A stretch of DNA of 63,905 bases, the filler included. It is 5 parts of 5 records of this genome, joined end to end, with 100 filler letters (N's around TTAATTAATTAA, not from the genome) between each part and the next. Parts side by side here need not be neighbours in the genome. Positions count along the whole stretch, not along the records: positions 9,938 to 30,774 come from SRR20825006_1654; 4 more parts are not named here. One strand, given 5' to 3'. Below are positions 9,938 through 20,494 of this stretch, one piece after another. The translations under genes were made by a program, and so were the position numbers. Every line of letters begins with the position of its first letter. Position 1 is the first letter of the stretch. A model generated the notes under the pieces. That model searched no databases, had not been told where the DNA came from, and worked only from the letters and a program-made list of their open reading frames with translations.

Positions 9938-9995
9938 CCCGAAGCGGGCCGACCCTCCCTGAGGGAGAGTGAAGTAAGTGCCATTCGGCGTTAAC
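9938..9995. repeat. Probable REP-like palindromic repeat fragment at contig edge
   Basis: CCCTCCCTGAGGGAGAG hairpin core at the assembly break; resembles planctomycete intergenic repeats (from memory, not searched). Confidence 0.4.
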
Positions 9996-10337
9996 CCCGG
10001 TTTTGCTTATACGGAACCGAAACGAACGCCATAACGGCTTAGCAAATCAACATCACGTGAACGCCCCAACGGCCAAACCAAACGAACGCTACCCAACGAA
10101 ACGCGCCAACTAAACTGAACTTCGATGGGTCCATTCTGTGGACCCATTGGATGGGATGGACGAGGTCACCAAGACCGCTTGATTTGCTCCCGAAGATGAC
10201 CGGTGGCCTCGTCCGATTCCCAACCACATTCCATCCCTCCCACTGAATTCTTCTCTGCCTTCATCCCACCTGAATTACCGACCTTCCGAATTGCGTCTCG
10301 CAGTTCTTCCCTGTGATTGTTTCCGAGTGAGCCTGAT

Positions 10338-11672
10338 ATGAATGACAAGCTGAACCGCACCACCTCTGATCACCCAACCACCACCCGTCGCGAAGTCCTG
10401 CGTCGCGGTGCATCCGCGTCCGCTGCATTGGCGGCAACGGTTGGTGCCAGCCGAATGGTTCACACTCAGGCGGCATCCGCCGATCCAGATCGCAAGATCA
10501 AAATTGGAATCGTCGGCGCGGGTGGACGGGGAACGGGCGCAGTCAACGACTCGTTCTCCATCAACGACAACATCGAATTGGTCACCATTGCGGACTTGGA
10601 TCCGGGCAATGCGGAACGACTTCGGACCGGAATGACTCGACGTCACGGCGACAAGATCAACGTTGCTGACGATCGCATTCACTCTGGCCTGGACGCTTAC
10701 AAAGCTGTTCTGGAAGATCCAGAAGTGGAAGTTGTGTTCTTGACCACTTCGCCAGCCTTCCGTCCATCTCACATCGCCGAAGCTGTCAAAGCGGGCAAGC
10801 ATGTCTTCGCTGAGAAACCATCCTGCGTCGATCCCGCCGGCTATCGAATTTGCGTCGCCGCTCACGAAGAAGCAAAGAAGAACGGGACCGCCATCGTCAC
10901 CGGAAAACAGTACCGCCGCCAATCCAACTACATGGAAGCGGTCAAACGAATTCACGACGGTGAGATCGGTGACATCATCGGTATGACCTCACGTTACTGC
11001 AGCCAAGGCATTTGGTACAAGAACCGAGCCGAAGGCGTCAGCGACACCCAATACCAACTCAACAATTGGATGCACTTCATCTGGTTGTCCGGCGACCAAA
11101 TCGCTGAGCAAGCGGTTCACAACATTGACCTGATGAACTGGGTCATGCAGGGACCACCGGTTAGCGCGTACGGTTCGGGCGGACGCTTCACCCGTCCCGA
11201 CGACAGCGAAATGTGGGACAGCATGTCGATTGACTACATGTACTCCGACGAACGCCCTGTTTCGTTCATGTGCCGCCAAATCCCTGGTTCAACTGCTGAA
11301 AACGGCAGCACCGTTCGTGGAACCAAAGGTTTTGCAATCATCGGTGCTGGCAGCAGCGGATCCACCTTCCTGGACCGCAGCGGCAAGGAAACTCTGAAGC
11401 TCGAAGGAAGCATCGCGGATGCTTATCGCCAAGAGCACAAGGACTTGATCGATTCGATTCGAAGCGGCGAACCGATCGTCGAGTTGCTCGAAACTGCGAA
11501 GAGTTCGTTGACCGCTGTCATGGGTCGCATGGCCGCTTACACCGGCAAAAAGGTAACGTGGGACTTTGTCGCCAATGAGTCGGAACTGGACCTTTTCCCC
11601 AAAGATTTGCAGTGGGACGGAAGTCGACCTGAGCCTAGCTATGCCATCCCTGGCAAAACGAAACTAATCTGA
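10338..11672 (+). CDS. Tat-exported Gfo/Idh/MocA oxidoreductase
   Basis: TTRREVLRRG twin-arginine leader, GIVGAGGRG, AEKP, EQAVHNID. Confidence 0.9.
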   Translation: MNDKLNRTTSDHPTTTRREVLRRGASASAALAATVGASRMVHTQAASADPDRKIKIGIVGAGGRGTGAVNDSFSINDNIELVTIADLDPGNAERLRTGMTRRHGDKINVADDRIHSGLDAYKAVLEDPEVEVVFLTTSPAFRPSHIAEAVKAGKHVFAEKPSCVDPAGYRICVAAHEEAKKNGTAIVTGKQYRRQSNYMEAVKRIHDGEIGDIIGMTSRYCSQGIWYKNRAEGVSDTQYQLNNWMHFIWLSGDQIAEQAVHNIDLMNWVMQGPPVSAYGSGGRFTRPDDSEMWDSMSIDYMYSDERPVSFMCRQIPGSTAENGSTVRGTKGFAIIGAGSSGSTFLDRSGKETLKLEGSIADAYRQEHKDLIDSIRSGEPIVELLETAKSSLTAVMGRMAAYTGKKVTWDFVANESELDLFPKDLQWDGSRPEPSYAIPGKTKLI

Positions 11673-12188
11673 TCTGATCACGTTCCAAGAACGATCGAGC
11701 AGACTTTATTGAGGCATCGCCATATCAACGTGCCGATTCTGCTTGTTAATGTTCACCAATTCCAAATGCAGTTGTCATCAACTGCTAATCGGGGCGGCAA
11801 TCTTGCCGCCCCTTCGCATTGGGTGACGATGCATTCGTGTTCATCGATCAACGTTGCCGCTATAGCGTCCGTTCATGACGCACCTCGCCTTCACTGCTGA
11901 GCAATCGTTCGGCAATCGCAAAGTTGCGGCCATCGCCCCATCTCGTAGGATGCGATCTGCTACTATAAGACCAGCCCGCATGTGCAATGGAACTCCATTT
12001 GTTCAAGCGGTGGCTCCCGCCTCAAGTCCCACCCCTGATCGCCATCCATCTCGTATGGAACGACCAAGCTCCCCCAGTTTGGCTCTGTCACCACACATGA
12101 TCTCGATTGAGTCTTTTTGTGTTGAAAGGATCGCTGCGGAGTTCGTCGGTTTTCTACGAGTGCGTGGCGACGTGCCCGGAGACCAACC

Positions 12189-13679
12189 ATGACATCCCGT
12201 TCTGCAGTGAACGTCCTTGTAACGAATCTCCTGGTTGCTTGGATAGTGACCGCGTCGATCATTCCGAACAATGTGTCGGCACAGGCCCAAGCTTCGAACC
12301 CGGTGAACGAAGCTTCAAAAATCCGGTTGGCGAAATTCGATGTCGATGCAACGCCAACGGTTGGCTCGATGATGGCCTACGACCGAGTCAAACGGGTCGA
12401 AGAAATGACGCTTCGGGCTCGCGGCATCGTCTTGCTCGGTGCCGATGATCCAATCGTGCTGTGTGCAGTTGATTGGATTGGGATTGGAAACGAGGGACAC
12501 GACCAATTCCGCGGTCGATTGGCAGAGGCCGCCGGCACAACGCCTGACCGAGTCGCTGTGCACACCCTTCATCAACACGATGCACCTCGTTGTGATTTTA
12601 CCGCCGAACGATTGGTCAACGAAGCAGGGAAATCCGACCTGGGTCCTTACGACAGTTCGCTTGCACGCGAAGTCTTGAACCGGTTGGCTGATGCGGTCAA
12701 GGAAGGAATCAACGGTGCGACGGAAGTCACGCACGCGGGTTGGGGAACGGCCGAAGTGAAGGACGTCGCATCCAACCGTCGTCTCCAAGATGAAACAGGC
12801 CGAGTCATCGCGACCCGTTACACCGCTTGTCGCGATCCTAAATTGATCGCGGCCCCGGACGGAACCATCGACCCCGAATTGACTTCGCTGACATTCTACA
12901 GCGGTGACAAAGCCCTCGCCGTACTCACGCATTACGCGTGTCATCCACAAAGCTACTATCGCACAGGTGTCCCCAGCCCCGATTTCCCGGGACTGGCACG
13001 ATTCATTCGCGGGCAGGCACGTCCCGACGTCCTGCACGTTCATTTCAATGGTGCCGGCGGAAACATTGGCGCGGGCAAGTACAACGATGGTTCGCCAGCC
13101 AACCGCATGAGGCTGGCTCACCGTGTCGCGGATGCGATGGAAGAAGCAGCCGACAACACAACGAAGTTTGCCATCACGACAGATGATATTGACTGGACGT
13201 TCACACCAGTTTCGCTGCCACCGGCTCCTCACTTGGACGCCGATACACTGCGACAAAAGTTGGGTGATTGGAACACGACCGACTATTGGGGCAGTCCCGA
13301 TGACTTGGCGTGGCTGCTGCGTTGCCAGAACGGACACAAGGTTGAACTGAGTTGTCTGTCGATCGCCGACGTACGTCTGTTGCATATGCCCGGCGAGCTA
13401 TTCGTTGAATATCAATTGGCCGCGAAGGCAATGCGACCAGACTTTAAAATTGCTATGGCAGCGTACGGCGACTACGGGCCGGGATACATCGGAACCGAGG
13501 AAGCCTATGGACAAGGCGGCTACGAAACGAGCCAACGCGCATCCAAGGTGGCTCCCGAAGTCGAAACTGTGCTGATGGATGGCGTGAGAGAGCTTCTGGA
13601 AATCAACACCGAAGAATCAGTCGAAGAACCAACCGTCGAGACCGATACCTCGTCGTCAGTAGAGGTTGAAACACGATGA
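12189..13679 (+). CDS. Secreted neutral/alkaline ceramidase-like hydrolase (hypothetical)
   Basis: Signal peptide; HTLHQHDAP, YACHP, GAGGNI, PGELFVEY motifs of ceramidase-like planctomycete proteins. Confidence 0.6.
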   Translation: MTSRSAVNVLVTNLLVAWIVTASIIPNNVSAQAQASNPVNEASKIRLAKFDVDATPTVGSMMAYDRVKRVEEMTLRARGIVLLGADDPIVLCAVDWIGIGNEGHDQFRGRLAEAAGTTPDRVAVHTLHQHDAPRCDFTAERLVNEAGKSDLGPYDSSLAREVLNRLADAVKEGINGATEVTHAGWGTAEVKDVASNRRLQDETGRVIATRYTACRDPKLIAAPDGTIDPELTSLTFYSGDKALAVLTHYACHPQSYYRTGVPSPDFPGLARFIRGQARPDVLHVHFNGAGGNIGAGKYNDGSPANRMRLAHRVADAMEEAADNTTKFAITTDDIDWTFTPVSLPPAPHLDADTLRQKLGDWNTTDYWGSPDDLAWLLRCQNGHKVELSCLSIADVRLLHMPGELFVEYQLAAKAMRPDFKIAMAAYGDYGPGYIGTEEAYGQGGYETSQRASKVAPEVETVLMDGVRELLEINTEESVEEPTVETDTSSSVEVETR

Positions 13680-16651
13680 TGCTAGCCAATCGTTCTTTGC
13701 TGCTTCAATCACTCATCGCCAGCGTTTCCATCGCGTTCTCGCTGGTGAGCGTTTCAGCATTCACGCAGGATGACTACTCCGACGAGCTTCCTCGTGTACC
13801 ACCAACTCCTCCCTTGGAAACACTGCAAAACTTCCAAGTTGCCGATGTTTTTCAAATCCAATTGATCGCCAGTGAACCGTTGGTGACCAGCCCCGTGGCC
13901 ATGGAATGGGCCGCGGATGGATCGCTTTTCGTTTGCGAAATGCGAGGCTACAGCGAAGATCGTGACAAAGGCATCTCGCGAATTTCTCATTTGCGGGACG
14001 TGAACCAAGACGGAGTCTATGACTCGAGCACCATCTTTGCGGAAGGGCTTCTTTGGCCGACCGGTTTGTTCCCGTGGGACGGTGGACTGTTCGTCGGTGA
14101 TGCACCCAACCTCTACTATTTTCGGGACACGGACGGCGACGGTAAAGCGGATCAGCGCGACACCGTCTTGACCGGATTCGGCACATCCAACGTCCAGGGC
14201 CTCATGAACTCGTTTCGATGGGGACTCGACAATCGTATTCACATCGCGTGCAGCAGCACGGGCGGAATGATTCGGCGGCCGGGCCAACCTGAATCGGACG
14301 CGATCAATGTTCGAGGCCGTGACATCGCGTTGGATCCCCGGACCGGTGAATTTGAACTGACCAGCGGTGCGGCTCAACACGGAATGTGTTTCGACGATTG
14401 GGGTCGCAAATTTGTGTCGTCCAACAGCGATCACCTTCAGCAGGTCATGTACGAAGATCACTACATCGGTCGCAATCCACTTTTGCAGCCCGCTGCAGCG
14501 AGAGTGTCGATTGCCGAAGATGGACCGCAGGCCGAAGTGTTTCGAACCAGTCCCGTGGAACCTTGGCGGATTGTCCGCACTCGTTTGCGAGTCAGCGGCA
14601 AGGCACGCGGCCCGATTGAAGGTGGCGGTCGAGCGGCGGGCTACTTCACCGGTGCCACCGGAGTCACAATTGTGCGCGGAGACGCTTGGCCTGAGGCTTT
14701 TCAAGGCATGGCAATCATCGGCGATGTGGGAAGCAACCTCATCCACCGCAAACGACTCCATACCAACGGATTGAAATGGGTCGGCAAACGAGTCGACACC
14801 AACAGCGAACTAGTCACCTCCACCGACATTTGGTTTCGGCCGGCTCAATTCGCAAATGCGCCGGATGGTTCGCTGCACATCATCGACGTTTGTCGCGAAG
14901 TCATTGAACACCCCAAAAGTTTGCCTGCTGAAATCAAGCAGCACTTGGACCTGACCTCGGGACGCGATCGAGGCCGTTTGTACCGACTCGTGCCAAACAA
15001 ATTCCAACATCGACCAACTCCGAATCTGAATCGTGCAAGCGATCTCGAATTGGTCGAAATCCTTGCTCACCCCAACGCTTGGCATCGCGAAACGGCAAGC
15101 CGTCTGCTGTTCGAACGACAATCGGAGTGCATCGCCGAACTAAAACAGGTCGCCGACCACCCTGACTCACCGCTGGGACGCTTGCACGCGTTAGCAGTCC
15201 TGGACGGTCTCGAACAACTCGATGAACAAACCATCATTCCGAGACTGAACGATCCTCATCCTTCCATTCGAAAACAAGCGATTCGCTTGACGGAGAAACT
15301 GCCGTCTAGCGAAGCTTTGCGAAGCAAGCTCGCGGAACGAACCGACGATCCATCGATTGAAGTCCGCTACCAGCTCGCTTTCACCGCGGGGTCGATTGCC
15401 GGTTTCGAGAGGACACAAACGCTTGCCAAGATCATTCGCCGAAACCCCACTGACCGATGGATTCAAACGGCGGTGCAAAGTTCCGTTGCCGACGGTGCTG
15501 GTGAATTGTTTGCCGAGCTACTCACAACGCCGTTTGATCACCGACTCAGCGAATTTGTCGGTCGTTTGGCGTCTCAGATCACTCAGCAGAACAGTCCAAC
15601 CGATATCCGCATGGCGATCGCAGCGGTGTCGAACCTGACACCCGACGATGGCGACTTTGCTCTTCCGATTCTCGGCAAGCTACTGGAGTCTCGCTCACGC
15701 AAGGACACGTTGCTTCATCAACTCGCAGATTCCGGTGAGCTAACCAAGATTGATGGCGTGATGAGCGAGATGCTCGAACGACTTGAGCGAGTCACACTCG
15801 ATGAATCCGAACCTGTCGATGTTCGCGTCCGCGCGGTTGAGAGTTTGCGTTACGCCTCCGCGTCTCGGGCGTCAGCTGTTTTGCCAAACTTGATCGACAG
15901 CCGTCATCCCATCGCGATCCAACGCGCGGCCATGATCACTTGGGGCCGTTTTGATTCCAGCGACATCACCGAAACCTTGTTGTCGCGGTGGAGCAGCCTC
16001 AGCCCCAGCCTTCGCGAAACGGCCAGCGAAATCCTGTTTTCGCGGCCTGACCGTTTGCTTGGTCTTTTAAACGCGATCAAATCGGGAGATATCCCTCTCA
16101 GCGAAGTCTCCAGATCGCGTTTGCAACTCGCTGCCAAATCGACCGACTCATCGATTCAGAAACTCGCGTCCGAGCTGCTCGAATCAAGCGGTTCAAAGAA
16201 CCGCGAACAAGTCGTCCAGGACTACCAAGAGTCATTGCAATTGCCAGGTGATGTCGCTCGTGGCAGCAAGCTCTTCTCTACAAATTGTGCCAATTGCCAT
16301 CGACTCGAAAATCGCGGTCATGCGATCGGTCCGAATTTGGCGACGGTCAAAACTCGCGGAGCTAACTTCATCCTCACCAACGTCTTGGATCCCAACCGCG
16401 AAGTGAACCCTCAGTATCTGAACTATGTTGCCTTGGACGTTGATGGACGAACGCTGACAGGAATGATCACCGAAGAATCAGCGACTTCGATCACGCTGCA
16501 GCGTGCCGAATCGGCTAAAGATTTGCTGCTTCGAGTCGACATCGAACGATTGCAAAGCACCGGGATGTCCATCATGCCGGAAGGCCTGGAAGAACAACTC
16601 GATCCGCAGGCGATGGCCGACTTGATCGCTTACTTGATGCAGGTCGAATGA
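13676..16651 (+). CDS. PVC-type heme-binding CxxCH protein (sorbosone-dehydrogenase-like propeller, HEAT repeats, cytochrome c)
   Basis: DTDGDGKAD, WFRP, GRLYR; HEAT-like region; C-terminal CANCH, IGPNL, SIMPEGL; ATGA overlap with the upstream gene. Confidence 0.9.
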   Translation: MMLANRSLLLQSLIASVSIAFSLVSVSAFTQDDYSDELPRVPPTPPLETLQNFQVADVFQIQLIASEPLVTSPVAMEWAADGSLFVCEMRGYSEDRDKGISRISHLRDVNQDGVYDSSTIFAEGLLWPTGLFPWDGGLFVGDAPNLYYFRDTDGDGKADQRDTVLTGFGTSNVQGLMNSFRWGLDNRIHIACSSTGGMIRRPGQPESDAINVRGRDIALDPRTGEFELTSGAAQHGMCFDDWGRKFVSSNSDHLQQVMYEDHYIGRNPLLQPAAARVSIAEDGPQAEVFRTSPVEPWRIVRTRLRVSGKARGPIEGGGRAAGYFTGATGVTIVRGDAWPEAFQGMAIIGDVGSNLIHRKRLHTNGLKWVGKRVDTNSELVTSTDIWFRPAQFANAPDGSLHIIDVCREVIEHPKSLPAEIKQHLDLTSGRDRGRLYRLVPNKFQHRPTPNLNRASDLELVEILAHPNAWHRETASRLLFERQSECIAELKQVADHPDSPLGRLHALAVLDGLEQLDEQTIIPRLNDPHPSIRKQAIRLTEKLPSSEALRSKLAERTDDPSIEVRYQLAFTAGSIAGFERTQTLAKIIRRNPTDRWIQTAVQSSVADGAGELFAELLTTPFDHRLSEFVGRLASQITQQNSPTDIRMAIAAVSNLTPDDGDFALPILGKLLESRSRKDTLLHQLADSGELTKIDGVMSEMLERLERVTLDESEPVDVRVRAVESLRYASASRASAVLPNLIDSRHPIAIQRAAMITWGRFDSSDITETLLSRWSSLSPSLRETASEILFSRPDRLLGLLNAIKSGDIPLSEVSRSRLQLAAKSTDSSIQKLASELLESSGSKNREQVVQDYQESLQLPGDVARGSKLFSTNCANCHRLENRGHAIGPNLATVKTRGANFILTNVLDPNREVNPQYLNYVALDVDGRTLTGMITEESATSITLQRAESAKDLLLRVDIERLQSTGMSIMPEGLEEQLDPQAMADLIAYLMQVE

Positions 16652-16725
16652 ATCAGGTGTGCCCTGTCGGCAATCCACCTGCTAGGTTTGCGGCGTCGTT
16701 TCCCTTCCACGCCTGAGGACTTCGC

Positions 16726-17085
16726 ATGAGCAACCAACACGAATCGATCAACTACATCGAGATCCCCGCCAAAGACATGGCAAAAACCAAGGCCTTCTTT
16801 GAAACCTGTTTTGGTTGGAAGTTCACCGACTACGGACCCGAGTACACCGCCTTCGACAAATCGACAGGCCTGGACGGTGGTTTCTATCAGTCCGACAAAT
16901 CATCGCTGACGTCGAACGGCGCCGCGCTCGTCGTATTCTATAGCGATGATTTGGAAGCAACGATGGCGAAAGTCCAGACGTCGGGTGGAACCGTGATCCT
17001 GGACATCTTCTCCTTCCCCGGAGGCCGCCGTTTCCACTTCACCGAACCGTCCGGAAACGAGTTCGGTGTATGGTCGGAAAAATAG
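16726..17085 (+). CDS. VOC/glyoxalase family protein
   Basis: INYIEIPA...FPGGRRFHFTEPSGNEFGVWS. Confidence 0.9.
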   Translation: MSNQHESINYIEIPAKDMAKTKAFFETCFGWKFTDYGPEYTAFDKSTGLDGGFYQSDKSSLTSNGAALVVFYSDDLEATMAKVQTSGGTVILDIFSFPGGRRFHFTEPSGNEFGVWSEK

Positions 17086-17101
17086 CATCCAGATCGAAAA
17101 C

Positions 17102-18691
17102 TCAGTCGGCGTCATCGACGAGTTCGATCTCGCCGGGACGCCAAGTCTTTTCAAACCAAGGATCCAACGGTCCATAAAGACGAAGCAGCGTGTACCAACC
17201 TTTTCCAGAGACGGTTTGAATCCAATTCGATTCTTTTCCGGCTGGGCTCTCCGGTGCGAAATAGAGATCAACCGAACCATCTGGGTTGGTCTGCAGATTG
17301 TCCCGCTTGTTATTCTTGCTGGGGAACGGTTGCCCGGTTTGCAACTCGGACCGAGTCTGCGGATCGTAGATGACCACGGACCAAAAGTCTTTCACCGGGA
17401 CGTTGGCGGGAAGATGAAGCTTGTAGGTTTTGCTCCCGTCCAAATATCGTCCTTCCTTGTCGACGACAGCGTAGGCATATTGTGAGCCCTTGCCGGTCAT
17501 CTTCAAAACCATCGCCGGCGTGTTGACCGTTGCCTGGTAAAAGAAAAGCGTTCTCGCATCAAGATTGCGTCCACCCTGACCACCGTCTTTCAACCACTGA
17601 TAGTCACCACCGATGAATGCGGTCATCCACGCGCTGCCCGGGTAGTATTTGACGCCAGTCAATCGCGGCCGGAAAACAATTGACCGAGCGGTGGCATTGC
17701 CAATCGCAACCGCCTCTGTCAACAGTTGTTTCTCCTTCTCATCTGGAGAAAACTCCTTTCCCTTCTCGATACCGATCGCGGCAAAGATCCCACGCAGCTC
17801 GGGATCAAGCATGCTCACCGGTTCTCGTTGGATCACCGTCGCCAACTCTTCGTAGAACTCGAAGGTGTTGGCGTGAATGGTGTTGAAACTCTTCTCCGAC
17901 CCACTAACAAATTTCATCGCTGGTGGGTTTGACTTCTTCGACAACGGGTAAACCTTCAGACCGTTGCGAAACATCTCGGCGGAAGCATCCGGTTTTCCAT
18001 CAACCAAAAAGCCGCGAAGAATCACCCAGTTCACCCAACTGGTTGACTGAACGACGAAGTAGTTTTCCCCATCGATTTCGGTTGCCTTTCCTCCAATCGG
18101 TCCCTCCCATTCGCCGTCATAGTCGGGTGGCAGAATCAGGTACTTTCCCCCGTTCCCTCGGTCCGGCCCCGGGACTCCCATATCGACCACGAACCGAAAG
18201 TACGCGTCGTTGACTGTGCCAGGACCACATTTGGCGGGCACCTCCACGACGGTCGGTCCATCCCGCTTGAGATCCAAGAATCCCGAGCAGTACACGGTGT
18301 CGGTGTTGCCGGTCAAAAAGAGCGGATTGGAATCTAAAAGGCGATCCAAAATCATGAACTGGTTGGATGTTTCCAGTCCCATTTCAACATGCCCCAACCG
18401 AAGCCCTTCGATGGATGTAGCGGGGATCCCGTTCAGGAAGGCTTCTGTGCCGCGTATTACGGTGAGGAAGTCATAAAGTTTCTCATTGGTCGCTTCGTCG
18501 GGTCGTCCATCATCAAACTTCAATTCGCCGAGCAACTTGGTTTCGACCACATCCGGCGTGAGGATTTTCTGCGGGATCTCGTGGTTGTATCCGGGCGTCG
18601 GCTCATCAGCGCTTGCCGCGTGACGATCCGCCGCAAGTGAAACCACAACCACAATGCCAAGTAGACCTCGGATCCATTTTCGATTCATCAC
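17102..18691 (-). CDS. DUF1254/DUF1214 domain secreted protein
   Basis: Signal peptide; LTGNTDTVY, GGKYLILPPDY, FWSVVIYD, DGSVDLYF, LRLYGP. Confidence 0.85.
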   Translation of the reverse strand: MMNRKWIRGLLGIVVVVSLAADRHAASADEPTPGYNHEIPQKILTPDVVETKLLGELKFDDGRPDEATNEKLYDFLTVIRGTEAFLNGIPATSIEGLRLGHVEMGLETSNQFMILDRLLDSNPLFLTGNTDTVYCSGFLDLKRDGPTVVEVPAKCGPGTVNDAYFRFVVDMGVPGPDRGNGGKYLILPPDYDGEWEGPIGGKATEIDGENYFVVQSTSWVNWVILRGFLVDGKPDASAEMFRNGLKVYPLSKKSNPPAMKFVSGSEKSFNTIHANTFEFYEELATVIQREPVSMLDPELRGIFAAIGIEKGKEFSPDEKEKQLLTEAVAIGNATARSIVFRPRLTGVKYYPGSAWMTAFIGGDYQWLKDGGQGGRNLDARTLFFYQATVNTPAMVLKMTGKGSQYAYAVVDKEGRYLDGSKTYKLHLPANVPVKDFWSVVIYDPQTRSELQTGQPFPSKNNKRDNLQTNPDGSVDLYFAPESPAGKESNWIQTVSGKGWYTLLRLYGPLDPWFEKTWRPGEIELVDDAD

Positions 18692-18830
18692 ACACCCTCA
18701 AGGAAACATTAAGCGTTTAGAAGTTCAGCATTCGCACCAAGTTTGATGCGACAACCATGACGAATGCAAGACACCGAAACCACTCAGTGACTCGCGTCTA
18801 CCATCCAGGCGATCTTGATCCGCGAGACGA

Positions 18831-20189
18831 TCATGCCCGATCGGCGGGGTGTTGATAAGGCGACCGATAGTTTCTTTTCAGTTTCTTGGTTGCTTCTTCA
18901 TCACCCACGATCGTGTGCGTTTCCGGATCAAATTCAAGTGTTCGACCGAGTTCCATTGCCACGTTCGCCATGAAGCATGACGCGCTGCTGATGTGACCTT
19001 GTTCGATGTCAGCAACCGGTTTGGAACGGTTGTCAATCGCGTCGAGAAAGTCTCGCATGTGACCGCGAATTGCCGAGGCAACGTGCAGCTCCAACGCCCA
19101 CTTCTCTTTGTCGGTGACATCGGTCGGGTATCTGTCAGTCTCAATGACCGCTTCGCCGGACAATTTCTTGCCGCCACCGCGTGGTTCAAACTCAAATTTG
19201 TTCACGCTCAACTTCAGCGTGCCTTTGTCGCCGTAGATCTTGGCCGCCCACGGGTACTCGGGATCGGGAGCACTGCCCCAACTTCGGTGGGTCCAGACCA
19301 CGTCCAAGCCATCAAAGTCAAACGTCGCTGTTTGTGTGTCCGTGATGTTGGCGAGTGAATCCTTCTGAACCATGATGCCACCCACGCTGCTGATTCGCTT
19401 GGGCCAACCAAGATCCAATTGCCAACGTACCAAGTCCAACATGTGGACACACATGTCGCCGACGATGCCGTTTCCATATTCCATGAACGCTCGCCATTTG
19501 CGTGGATGAGTCAGCTCGGTGTAAGGACGCATCGGGGCCGGACCTGTCCAAGCTTCGTAGTCAAAATGCGGAGGCGGATCGATCGCAGGTGGATTCGAAT
19601 TGGCTCGCATGTGGTAATAGCAGCAGACTTCGGCGAAAGCGACGTTGCCCAGCAACCCAGCATCGACAACGTTCTTCTTCGCATCGATCAAGTGCGGCGT
19701 GCTACGGCGCTGCGTTCCGACTTGCACAACGCGTCCGGTCCGGCGTGCCGCATCCAACATCGCTTTGCTTTCGAGCGTGTCGACACCCGTTGGCTTTTGC
19801 ACGTAAACGTCTGCCCCCGCTTCGACCGCGGCGATCATCGGCAGCGCGTGCCAGTGATCCGGCGTATCAACCAAAACGATGTCCACGTTCTTCTTGGCGA
19901 GCAAGTCTTCGTAATTCGCGAATGTTTCGGGGCGGTTGCCGGACTTCTGTCGAGAGGCGATCAGATCGGCACATTCATCCAGCAACTTTTGATCGACGTC
20001 GCACAACGAAACCACTTCAACAGGCTCGATGTTGATCAGCTGTAGCAAATCACATTTGCCGTACCAACCGCATCCGATCAAGGCGACGCGGCGAGGTCGT
20101 CGCTTTTCGTCTGCTTGAGCGGAATTTGATTGAGTGGCAACAACGGTGGCAGCAGCGGCACTGGCAGCAAGAAAAGAACGGCGTTCCAT
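18831..20189 (-). CDS. Tat-exported Gfo/Idh/MocA oxidoreductase
   Basis: MERRSFLAASAAA leader, LIGCGWYG, TPDHWH, YVQKP, DMCVHMLD. Confidence 0.9.
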   Translation of the reverse strand: MERRSFLAASAAAATVVATQSNSAQADEKRRPRRVALIGCGWYGKCDLLQLINIEPVEVVSLCDVDQKLLDECADLIASRQKSGNRPETFANYEDLLAKKNVDIVLVDTPDHWHALPMIAAVEAGADVYVQKPTGVDTLESKAMLDAARRTGRVVQVGTQRRSTPHLIDAKKNVVDAGLLGNVAFAEVCCYYHMRANSNPPAIDPPPHFDYEAWTGPAPMRPYTELTHPRKWRAFMEYGNGIVGDMCVHMLDLVRWQLDLGWPKRISSVGGIMVQKDSLANITDTQTATFDFDGLDVVWTHRSWGSAPDPEYPWAAKIYGDKGTLKLSVNKFEFEPRGGGKKLSGEAVIETDRYPTDVTDKEKWALELHVASAIRGHMRDFLDAIDNRSKPVADIEQGHISSASCFMANVAMELGRTLEFDPETHTIVGDEEATKKLKRNYRSPYQHPADRA

Positions 20190-20494
20190 GGCAATCTTCT
20201 GAGTGGGGATGGGGATGGGAGCGACCAAACAGACGCGGGGGATTCGGCACGTGGCAGATCCCCTGGACCGCACATTTTAACAGAGCGGAGCAGCCCGGCG
20301 TTGCAACCAACGTCGCCCCGGAAAATTGCGAGGGAGGATTGATCCCAAATCCTCCGGAACACCCCACCACAGCGCATTCGTTTGAAATTCAATTCACAAC
20401 ACTTCGAAAAGCTCCTCGCTCCGGCGGCCGTGGCAAGAATGAGGCCAATGATCAGGTGATCGCTGCTGTGCTTCATCTCACCTATACTGCCGCG

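Noticed and set aside
11673-12188. 515-nt intergenic gap as a possible ncRNA or small gene
   Set aside because: No recognisable RNA motif, strong hairpin series or convincing ORF.
12315-14761. Long antisense ORFs (12315-13385, 13754-14761)
   Set aside because: Shadow frames opposite well-supported genes; no motifs; expected from codon bias.
20205-20220. GGGGAT tandem repeat as a G-quadruplex or contingency locus
   Set aside because: Under three units; more simply the C-rich leader of the minus-strand gene.
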